Positions 55,166-62,382 of a stretch of DNA of 64,000 nt are shown here, piece by piece. The stretch lies in contig JAZRVM010000015.1 of assembly GCA_045599205.1 (NCBI GenBank), forward strand, positions 24,742 through 88,741, written 5' to 3'. The notes beneath the pieces are model-generated. The model did not search any database and was not told the DNA's origin. It saw only the letters and a program-made list of their open reading frames with translations. Positions within the stretch are counted from its first letter, which is position 1. Each line of letters begins with the position of its first letter. The translations under genes were made by a program, and so were the position numbers. The stretch is from Christensenellaceae bacterium. GTDB taxonomy: Bacteria > Bacillota > Clostridia > Christensenellales > Borkfalkiaceae.

Positions 55166-55220
55166 AAAAAGACGGCAAAGTCGCTCTTCCCATAGGGAAA
55201 AGCGACTTTTCCGTCTTTCT
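55166..55220. terminator. bidirectional long hairpin terminator between convergent genes
   Basis: Outer stem aaagacgg (55168-55175) / ccgtcttt (55211-55218); inner stem aaagtcgct / agcgacttt. Confidence 0.75.
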
Positions 55221-56033
55221 TTATATAGCTTTATGCAATTTTTTATCCGTTTCGATTTCGTCTTTATGGGTTTTTATGTACTTTGTCCACTTGATATATC
55301 CGTACGTGGTGTTCGTAAAGTACCCTGCTTTAAGAACGAGTAAAACGTATTGTCCCGACAAAACGTTAATAACAGTTTCCAAAATCGCTTCGATGTACCA
55401 AGCAATCCATTGTTCACGAATACGAAGGAGAATAAACACGCCGTTACAAATGCCGACGGCACTTACGCAAGCGTCAAGATAACACACGATTGTTTCTATC
55501 GTTACGTTACCGTTAAAAATATCCGTTTCGATTTCAAGCGTCGTTAGAAGATATCCTATTCCGATAGTCCAAACGATTATACCTAAAATTATAAGTACTT
55601 CCGCAAGTCCACTTAACTTTCTGACGATTGTAAGTTCTTCGTTTTGCCTATCACGGTGCCTATTCCAGTTGACAAAGCTTATTATATCGATAGGTATCCA
55701 AAATAAAATCGTCGTTGCCATAGTTGCAAACCTGAACGCCAACAAAAGCGGGATAAGTATTTCCGTAAGTTCGACGACAAGAGAAACAATAAAGTTCCAC
55801 TTGCTTTGCTTGGAAATTAAAAGTTCGCAAAGTACGTTTGACGCAATATTTAATAAGTAAAGAGCCAAAATAAGTTTTCCGTTTATTCCGTTCGTATCTT
55901 CTTCGGGAAAAATAATCGCAAAGACGACGGATAGAACGAGAATAGAAAAAAACCAGATTTTTTCATACAACGAAAAAAAGCCCCAAAGAGATTTAAACTT
56001 TGATAAAATTGTAGGTTTTCCCCTTCTTTCCAT
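55221..56033 (-). CDS. pnuC: PnuC-like nicotinamide riboside/vitamin transporter
   Basis: 270 aa with 7-8 TM helices. The pattern ISKQSKWNF...FWIPIDIISFVNW...EQWIAWYIEAILETVINVLSGQY matches PnuC-family features from memory. Confidence 0.55.
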   Translation of the reverse strand: MERRGKPTILSKFKSLWGFFSLYEKIWFFSILVLSVVFAIIFPEEDTNGINGKLILALYLLNIASNVLCELLISKQSKWNFIVSLVVELTEILIPLLLAFRFATMATTILFWIPIDIISFVNWNRHRDRQNEELTIVRKLSGLAEVLIILGIIVWTIGIGYLLTTLEIETDIFNGNVTIETIVCYLDACVSAVGICNGVFILLRIREQWIAWYIEAILETVINVLSGQYVLLVLKAGYFTNTTYGYIKWTKYIKTHKDEIETDKKLHKAI

Positions 56034-56302
56034 ATTTTCACCTTTTTATATTATAACATTATCTTAAAAGGCGTGTCCATTATTTTTAAAGCATTTTCCT
56101 ACCCACTTTTTCATTTTTTGTAAACAATACTGACATAATAGCCCATCAAAACATATAGAAAAACGTATATTGATTTTCTTCAATAAGTCTTTATAAATTA
56201 CAACTATCCTTTCGTTTTTGGTAGGCTTAACGTATTTAATACGCAACATTTTATCGAATATTACTAATGTTCACAAAAAGATTTTGCTCTGCAAAAGATT
56301 TT

Positions 56303-56375
56303 TGGGAAAAAGGAGAAGCCCGCCATCTGTTATGCAGTTTGCAGTAGCAAACTGCTGACGTAAGGCGGTGCTTCG
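56303..56375 (-). terminator. compound hairpin terminator after ssrA
   Basis: Outer stem gaagcccgcc (56315-56324) / ggcggtgcttc (56364-56374) encloses an inner hairpin gcagtttgc-agt-agcaaactgc. It is followed on the minus strand by UCCUUUUUCCC. Confidence 0.6.
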
Positions 56376-56381
56376 ACGTGG

Positions 56382-56734
56382 TGGTGGAGATGTCGGGAAT
56401 TGCACCCGAGTCTTGAACGCTTCAAAAAAGTTTTCTACATACTTATCCGACGGTTAATCTCGGCAAAACTACGGCCGTCGGCGACCTTTAATTTTGCCAT
56501 AATTTCTTAAAATCCACTACTTAAACGAAATCAAATTAAGCAGTAGTTCCCTGTCATTTTGACGCCCTTTTCCTTACCGACAGGCGAGTAAAGAAAGAAC
56601 GTACGCTATTAAGCAGCGTAAGCTAATTTTTGAGTTTTATTAGCATTTAAATTTATTTTCCCTTTTTTACGAAGCAGGGACTTCGGTATGCTTGCACCGT
56701 TTATCGGTCGCCCAATCGAATCTATAACACCCCC
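56382..56734 (-). ncRNA. ssrA: tmRNA (SsrA), 353 nt
   Basis: The minus strand starts GGGGGTGTTATAGATTCGATTGGGCGACCG and ends GACTCGGGTGCAATTCCCGACATCTCCACCA. The acceptor stem has G3-U70 and there is a T-arm. The internal reading frame GCT AAT AAA ACT CAA AAA TTA GCT TAC GCT GCT TAA TAG gives the tag ANKTQKLAYAA. Confidence 0.93.
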
Positions 56735-56735
56735 A

Positions 56736-57194
56736 TTATTTATTATATTCTTTAATTGCCCTTTCTTTTTCTCTGTTTAAGTCTTTTTCCATAATCGAAC
56801 GCTTTTTATCGTAAGTATGCTTACCTTTGCAAAGCCCGAGTTCCATTTTAATAAGCGCTTTTTTATAATATAGATTAAGGGGAACAAGCGTAAGTCCTTT
56901 TTCGGCAACTTGGCTGTTAAGTTTAATTATTTCCCCTTTTTTAAGCAAAAGTTTTCTATCCCGTTTTGAATTTTTTGTGTTAAACGCTCCCGCTTTATCG
57001 TAAACGGCAATATGCATATTCTTAATAAAGAGTTCACCGCCGTAAAAAACGCAAAAACTGTCCTTAAGATTGACTTGACCTTTTCTTAAAGACTTAACTT
57101 CGCCACCGTCCAAAACAATGCCTGCTTCAAAAGTGTCGAGAACAAAGTATTCGTGATAAACGACACGGTTTTGCGTTATTACTTTTTCTTCCAT
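56736..57194 (-). CDS. smpB: SsrA-binding protein SmpB
   Basis: 152 aa: ITQNRVVYHEYFVLDTFEAGIVLDGGEVKSLR... Confidence 0.95.
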   Translation of the reverse strand: MEEKVITQNRVVYHEYFVLDTFEAGIVLDGGEVKSLRKGQVNLKDSFCVFYGGELFIKNMHIAVYDKAGAFNTKNSKRDRKLLLKKGEIIKLNSQVAEKGLTLVPLNLYYKKALIKMELGLCKGKHTYDKKRSIMEKDLNREKERAIKEYNK

Positions 57195-57221
57195 ATTTTT
57201 ACTATTATAACGAGATTTTTG

Positions 57222-57258
57222 AGAAAAAAAACGGCGATTTTTTAATTAAAACCGCCGA
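57222..57258 (-). terminator. intrinsic terminator after secG
   Basis: On the minus strand: CGGCGG-TTTTAATTAAAA-AATCGCCG followed by TTTTTTTT. Confidence 0.7.
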
Positions 57259-57276
57259 ATTTGATTTTTATTTCAG

Positions 57277-57579
57277 TTATCCGATAAAGGTTGCGATAAC
57301 TGCAAAAACAATACACAAAACACCGAAAACAATACCGCTGATTACAGTCCATTTTTTCATTTTATGTTCGAAAGTTTTGCTCTTGTTTTTACCTAAAAAC
57401 GTTTCGGTTTGACCGCCAAGTGCGCTGATTCCGGAAGAATTACCCGGTTGGAATAAAACGACGAGAACGATAAAAAGTGCCGCTATACCCATAATGATTA
57501 AGAGGGCGATTTTAAGTCCGCCGTACCAAATATCCCAAAATGCGCCGTGTGCTTCCATAAGCATATTCAAAATTACCAT
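57277..57579 (-). CDS. secG: preprotein translocase subunit SecG
   Basis: 100 aa with two TM helices and the LFQPGNSSGISALGG motif. SD is AAGGAGAAAC. Confidence 0.85.
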   Translation of the reverse strand: MVILNMLMEAHGAFWDIWYGGLKIALLIIMGIAALFIVLVVLFQPGNSSGISALGGQTETFLGKNKSKTFEHKMKKWTVISGIVFGVLCIVFAVIATFIG

Positions 57580-57652
57580 AATTGTTTCTCCTTAAAAACA
57601 AAATGATTATATCATACAAAAATCATTTTTTCAACTGTTTTTTTATGATTTA

Positions 57653-59221
57653 TTATTTAATTAAGCTTTTACCCGTCATTTCCGTCGGTTTTTCTATGCC
57701 CATCATATAAAGAAGCGTAGGTGCAATATCGCAAAGTTTACCGTCGTCACGAAGTTTTTTGCCTACGAAATCTTTTCCTATAACGATAAGCGGAACGGGG
57801 TTCGTCGTGTGTGCCGTGAACGGCTCGCCGTTACTGTCAATCATCTTATCTGCGTTGCCGTGGTCGGCTGTTACGATTGCGTTGCCACCCATAGCCAAAA
57901 TTTTATCGACAACGGTTTTTACGCATTCGTCAACCGTTTTAACCGCCTTTACCGCAGCGTCGAACACGCCTGTATGCCCTACCATATCGCAGTTTGCAAA
58001 GTTCAATATCATAACGTCGTAATCACCCGTATCGAGTTCTGATAAAACCCTTTTTGTAACTTCGTAAGCACTCATTTCGGGTTTTAAGTCATAAGTTGCA
58101 ACCTTTGGTGAAGGGATAACGATTCTCGTTTCGCCTTCAACAGGTGCTTCGAGTTTTGCGTTAAAGAAAAACGTTACGTGTGCGTACTTTTCCGTTTCAG
58201 CTATATGAAGTTGCTTTTTATTGAGTTTTGAAAGATATTGCGGGAGAGTGTTGGTTATTTCTTCCGGCGGAAAGGCAACCGCAACGTCCTTAAAAGAAGA
58301 ATCGTAAACGGCAAAACCCGTGTAAGTCGGAGTCAAAAAACCCGTCTTTCTTTCAAAATACATTTCCTTTCCCTTCTCGCTATCAAAGTACGGAGTAAAT
58401 TCACGCTGGGAAATTGCTCTCGTGATTTGTCTTGCTCTATCGGGACGGAAATTAAAAAATATTACCGAGTCGCCTTTTTCGATTAAACCGACAGGTTTTC
58501 CGTTTTCCGTAATATTCGTCGGCAACACAAATTCGTCAAACACACCTTTATCGTAACTGTTTTTAAGTGCCGATATCGCCGAGTCTGCCTTTTCACCTTC
58601 GCCGAGCGTCAACATATTATACGCCTTTTCGGTTCTGTCCCAGTTGTTATCCCTATCCATAACGTAATATCTACCGCAAACGGAAGCAATCTTGCCGTAG
58701 CCGAGTTCTTTGATTTTATTTTCAAGCATTTCCATAAACGAAATACCGGAGTTCGGTGCGGTATCACGCCCGTCCATAAAACAATGAATATATGTGTTTT
58801 TTACACCTTTTTCTTTGGCAAGTTTTATAAGTGCAAAAAGATGGGTTATATGCGAGTGAACGCCACCGTCCGATAATAATCCGTATAAATGAAGATTTTT
58901 ATTAGAGTTTATTGCGTTATCAACGGCTTTAAGAAGGGCGGTATTTTTAAAGAAATCCCCGTCGGCGATTGACTTTGTTATCTTTGTTAAATCCTGATAA
59001 ATAACTCTGCCCGCACCGATATTGAGATGCCCTACTTCGGAATTGCCCATTTGCCCGTCGGGAAGTCCGACGTCCATACCGCTTGCACCTATACAAGTCG
59101 AAGGATATTCCTTCATATACTTATTAACGTTTACGCTGTCGGCAGATAAAATCGCATTGCCTTCATTATTTTCCGACTTGCCGTAACCGTCCATTATGAT
59201 TATACAATTAGGTTTTTTCAT
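57653..59221 (-). CDS. gpmI: 2,3-bisphosphoglycerate-independent phosphoglycerate mutase
   Basis: 522 aa: IIMDGYG, MGNSEVGHLNIGAGR, TADHGNA. Confidence 0.95.
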   Translation of the reverse strand: MKKPNCIIIMDGYGKSENNEGNAILSADSVNVNKYMKEYPSTCIGASGMDVGLPDGQMGNSEVGHLNIGAGRVIYQDLTKITKSIADGDFFKNTALLKAVDNAINSNKNLHLYGLLSDGGVHSHITHLFALIKLAKEKGVKNTYIHCFMDGRDTAPNSGISFMEMLENKIKELGYGKIASVCGRYYVMDRDNNWDRTEKAYNMLTLGEGEKADSAISALKNSYDKGVFDEFVLPTNITENGKPVGLIEKGDSVIFFNFRPDRARQITRAISQREFTPYFDSEKGKEMYFERKTGFLTPTYTGFAVYDSSFKDVAVAFPPEEITNTLPQYLSKLNKKQLHIAETEKYAHVTFFFNAKLEAPVEGETRIVIPSPKVATYDLKPEMSAYEVTKRVLSELDTGDYDVMILNFANCDMVGHTGVFDAAVKAVKTVDECVKTVVDKILAMGGNAIVTADHGNADKMIDSNGEPFTAHTTNPVPLIVIGKDFVGKKLRDDGKLCDIAPTLLYMMGIEKPTEMTGKSLIK

Positions 59222-59241
59222 ATATTCTCTCCTGAAACAAA

Positions 59242-60030
59242 TTATAATATTTTAATTTTTTCGCCGTTAAAAAGTTTCATCTCTTTTGCCAAAGATAAGC
59301 CGTATTCATTAACTTTTGCCTTGGCTTCGGCTTCCAAATTATTTATTGATTTAATAATATCGACAGCGTGGGCGTCAACACCGAAAATCATTTCGTTACC
59401 CACTTTTTTTGCTATCCTATAAAGCATTTCGCTTGGGTAAAATCTTTTATCGAACATGCCGTAAAAATTAACTTCAAGTGGCATACATAGTTTTTTTGCC
59501 TGCGTAAAAATTTCGGTAAAGCATTTTTCCTTTAACTCGTCGTTCCCTAAAAAGTTCATGACGTCGGGGTGCGCAAGATAAGAAAAAATGCCTTTTTTCA
59601 TACCTTCGATAACCTGTTCGGAGTAATCTTTCATAAGTTTTTCGTCGAAAGTTTGAAACGCAGTCATAAACCTTTCACGCTCGTTATATAAAGCGTGTTG
59701 CCCGAGAATAACGTAGTCCGGATTAACGGTTTTATAAAAAGACAAAAGTTTATCAAACGTTTCGGGAAAATACTCCGTTTCGAATCCGATAAGAATTTCT
59801 ATATCGTCCTTATACTCTTTTTTAAGTTTATTAAGAGTGTCAAAATAATCTTCCGTCTGCTCGGGTCTCATTCTATACGTCGAATAATAACCATCGGAAA
59901 AAAATTGCGGAGTATGGTCGGAAAAGCCGAGAACTTTTACGCCTTGAGAAATAAATGCTTCGATATATTCCCTTTCCGTTCCGTTTGCGTGATTGCACCT
60001 AAATGTGTGCGTATGAAAATTTGATAACAT
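59242..60030 (-). CDS. PHP-family phosphatase (HisJ/histidinol-phosphatase-like)
   Basis: 262 aa: the N-terminal NFHTHTFRCNHA motif is typical of HisJ-type PHP phosphatases. Confidence 0.65.
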   Translation of the reverse strand: MLSNFHTHTFRCNHANGTEREYIEAFISQGVKVLGFSDHTPQFFSDGYYSTYRMRPEQTEDYFDTLNKLKKEYKDDIEILIGFETEYFPETFDKLLSFYKTVNPDYVILGQHALYNERERFMTAFQTFDEKLMKDYSEQVIEGMKKGIFSYLAHPDVMNFLGNDELKEKCFTEIFTQAKKLCMPLEVNFYGMFDKRFYPSEMLYRIAKKVGNEMIFGVDAHAVDIIKSINNLEAEAKAKVNEYGLSLAKEMKLFNGEKIKIL

Positions 60031-60104
60031 ATTTTTCTCTTTTAATAAAATATATTTATCGGTCTTTTGATAAAATCAAAAAAACGATAGTTATATTTTA
60101 TTCG

Positions 60105-60138
60105 TTTACAACATAAAGGGCTGTTCTCACAGCCCTTT
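60105..60138 (-). terminator. hairpin after tpiA (weak U-tract)
   Basis: 9-bp stem aaagggctg (60115-60123) / cagcccttt (60130-60138). The downstream U-run is poor, so termination may be only partial. Confidence 0.5.
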
Positions 60139-60156
60139 ATGCTATTAAACCGATTA

Positions 60157-60909
60157 TTAGTCCTTATAATTTACGATTGAAGCAAAGTCGTTTGCTTTAA
60201 GTGCCGCACCGCCGATTAAACCGCCGTCGATATTTCTCATCGCCATAAGTTCCTTTGCGTTTGCAGGTTTCATACTTCCGCCGTATTGAATACGGAGTCC
60301 TTTGCTGACTTCAACGCCCCAAGTCTTTTTAACGAGATTTCTGATAAAACCGATTGTCGTATTTGCATCTTCAGCCGTAGCCGTTTTGCCTGTACCGATA
60401 GCCCAAACAGGTTCGTAAGCAATAACGATTGATGCAAAGTCTTCTGCGGTAATATCCTTAAATCCGTCTAAAACTTGCTTTTTCAATACTCTCTTGGTCT
60501 TGTTCTTTTCTCTTTCGGTAAGCGTTTCGCCAACGCATACGATAGGCTTTAAGCCGTTCTTTAATGCTTGACGTAATCTTGCGTTTACGCTTTCGTCGGT
60601 TTCGCCGAAATATTGTCTTCTTTCGCTGTGTCCGATAATAACGTATTCAACGCCGATTTCCTTTAACATTTCTGCGGAAATTTCACCCGTAAATGCACCG
60701 TTATCTGCCCAAGCAACGTTTTCGGCACCAAGATGAATCTTCGTTCCTTTAACTGCGTTTGCAACTGCCCAAAGGTCGGTGTATGGAACACATACTACAA
60801 CTTCCGGCTTGGATTTTGCTACAAGCGGTTTTAATTCGTTGATAAGTGCTTCTGCTTCGGCAACAGTCTTATTCATTTTCCAGTTTCCTGCAATAATAGG
60901 TTTTCTCAT
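60157..60909 (-). CDS. tpiA: triosephosphate isomerase
   Basis: 250 aa: IAGNWKMN, IIGHSERR, AYEPVWAIGTG. Confidence 0.95.
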   Translation of the reverse strand: MRKPIIAGNWKMNKTVAEAEALINELKPLVAKSKPEVVVCVPYTDLWAVANAVKGTKIHLGAENVAWADNGAFTGEISAEMLKEIGVEYVIIGHSERRQYFGETDESVNARLRQALKNGLKPIVCVGETLTEREKNKTKRVLKKQVLDGFKDITAEDFASIVIAYEPVWAIGTGKTATAEDANTTIGFIRNLVKKTWGVEVSKGLRIQYGGSMKPANAKELMAMRNIDGGLIGGAALKANDFASIVNYKD

Positions 60910-60937
60910 TTTTATTTCTCCATTAGTTTTTTATAAA

Positions 60938-62251
60938 TTAGTCTTTATCGTTTAAGCATTCGATACCCGGAAGTTTCTTTCCTTCGAAGAGTTCCAAAGA
61001 TGCACCGCCACCCGTAGAAATGTGCGTCATCTTATCAGCGTATCCAAGACTCGTAACTGCTGCGGCACTATCTCCGCCACCGATAATCGTCGTACCCTTT
61101 GCATTAGCCAACGCTTCTGCAACGGCAATCGTACCTTTTGCCAAAATAGGATTTTCAAATACGCCCATAGGTCCGTTCCAAATAACGGTTTTAGCGTCTT
61201 TAACCGTTTCGGCAAAGAGTTCACGTGTCTTTGGACCGATATCGAGTCCTTCTCTATTTGAAGGAATAGCGGTAACGTCGTAATCAACCGTTTCAACAGG
61301 TGCGTCGATAGGGTTCGGGAAAGCGTCAACGGTAACGGTATCGATAGGCAATAAAAGTTTCTTGCCCGATGCCTGTGCCTTTGCCATCATATCCTTACAG
61401 TAATCGATTTGTTCGTCGTCAACGAGTGATTTACCTACTTCGTATCCCTTTGCTTTAAGGAAGGTGTAAGCCATACCACCGCCGATTACCAACGTATCGC
61501 ATTTTTCGAGAAGGTTTGAAATAACTTTAAGCTTATCGGCAACTTTTGCCCCGCCCAAAATTGCAACGAACGGTCTTTCCGGATTTTCCAAAGCGTTTGC
61601 CATAACCGAAAGTTCTTTTTCGATAAGGAATCCGCAAACGGCAGTCTTAACAAAACCGTATTCGACGATAGCGGCAGTCGTTGCATGTGAACGATGAGCC
61701 GTACCGAAAGCGTCGTTTACGTAAACGTCGCAAAATTCAGCGAGTTTTTTGCAAAGTGTTTCGTCTCTCTTTTCTTCACCTGCTTCAAAACGTGTGTTTT
61801 CAAGCAAGCAAACGTCTCCATCTTTAAGCGATGCAACGGCAGACTTTGCGCTTTCACCTACAACGTCGGTAGCGAAAACAACTTGTTTACCGAGTTTAAC
61901 AGAAAGACTTTCGGCAACCGGACGAAGCGTAAACTTGTCCTTATCTTTAAGTGCCTTCTTTAAGTATTCTGCCTTTGCTTCTTCTCTTTGTTCTTCAGGC
62001 AAAGCTTCGATAGCGGCCTTTTCTTTTTTGTTTAATCCGAAGCCTTCGGTAAAGATATTGTGCGGTTTGCCCATGTGCGAGCAAAGAATAACTTTTGCAC
62101 CGTTTTCAGTCAAATACCTGATTGTCGGGAGCGCACCGTTAATACGTGTTTCGTCCGTGATAACGCCGTCTTTCATCGGTACGTTAAAGTCAACCCTGAC
62201 AAGACATCTTTTACCCTTTACTTCTACGTCTTTTATAGATTTTTTGTTCAT
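60938..62251 (-). CDS. pgk: phosphoglycerate kinase (with ~35-40 aa insertion)
   Basis: 437 aa: [21 protein letters not shown]. There is extra sequence between GKP and LRPVA. Confidence 0.95.
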   Translation of the reverse strand: MNKKSIKDVEVKGKRCLVRVDFNVPMKDGVITDETRINGALPTIRYLTENGAKVILCSHMGKPHNIFTEGFGLNKKEKAAIEALPEEQREEAKAEYLKKALKDKDKFTLRPVAESLSVKLGKQVVFATDVVGESAKSAVASLKDGDVCLLENTRFEAGEEKRDETLCKKLAEFCDVYVNDAFGTAHRSHATTAAIVEYGFVKTAVCGFLIEKELSVMANALENPERPFVAILGGAKVADKLKVISNLLEKCDTLVIGGGMAYTFLKAKGYEVGKSLVDDEQIDYCKDMMAKAQASGKKLLLPIDTVTVDAFPNPIDAPVETVDYDVTAIPSNREGLDIGPKTRELFAETVKDAKTVIWNGPMGVFENPILAKGTIAVAEALANAKGTTIIGGGDSAAAVTSLGYADKMTHISTGGGASLELFEGKKLPGIECLNDKD

Positions 62252-62291
62252 AAAATCCCTCCGAGATTTTCTACATTATTTTATCCTATTT

Positions 62292-62320
62292 ATTATATAA
62301 ATAAACAATGTATTTGTCAA
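62292..62320 (-). promoter_or_regulatory. sigma-A-type promoter, perfect consensus (pgk operon)
   Basis: On the minus strand: TTGACA (62315-62320), 17-nt spacer, TATAAT (62292-62297). Confidence 0.7.
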
Positions 62321-62345
62321 TATTTTACGTATAAAAATAAATAAA

Positions 62346-62378
62346 AAAACCCACATTTACCGTGTAAATGCGGGCTTA
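62346..62378 (-). terminator. intrinsic terminator after the Na/Pi cotransporter gene
   Basis: As minus-strand RNA: CCCGCAUUUA CACGG UAAAUGUGGG followed by UUUUUUUAU. Confidence 0.8.
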
Positions 62379-62382
62379 TTGA

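Noticed and set aside
56064-56249. 61-aa ORF between ssrA and pnuC
   Set aside because: There is no SD before its ATG (TAATATTCGATAAA-ATG), no recognisable domain, and it lies in a promoter/terminator-rich spacer. It could be a small protein, but I cannot support that.
56034-56300. Riboswitch (NAD-II/pnuC motif or TPP) upstream of the PnuC-like gene
   Set aside because: The likely promoter (TGGACA-18-TATAAT) sits only about 20 nt upstream of the SD, leaving no room for an aptamer in the leader. I saw no conserved stem pattern in the roughly 230-nt spacer. A covariance-model scan would be needed to be sure.
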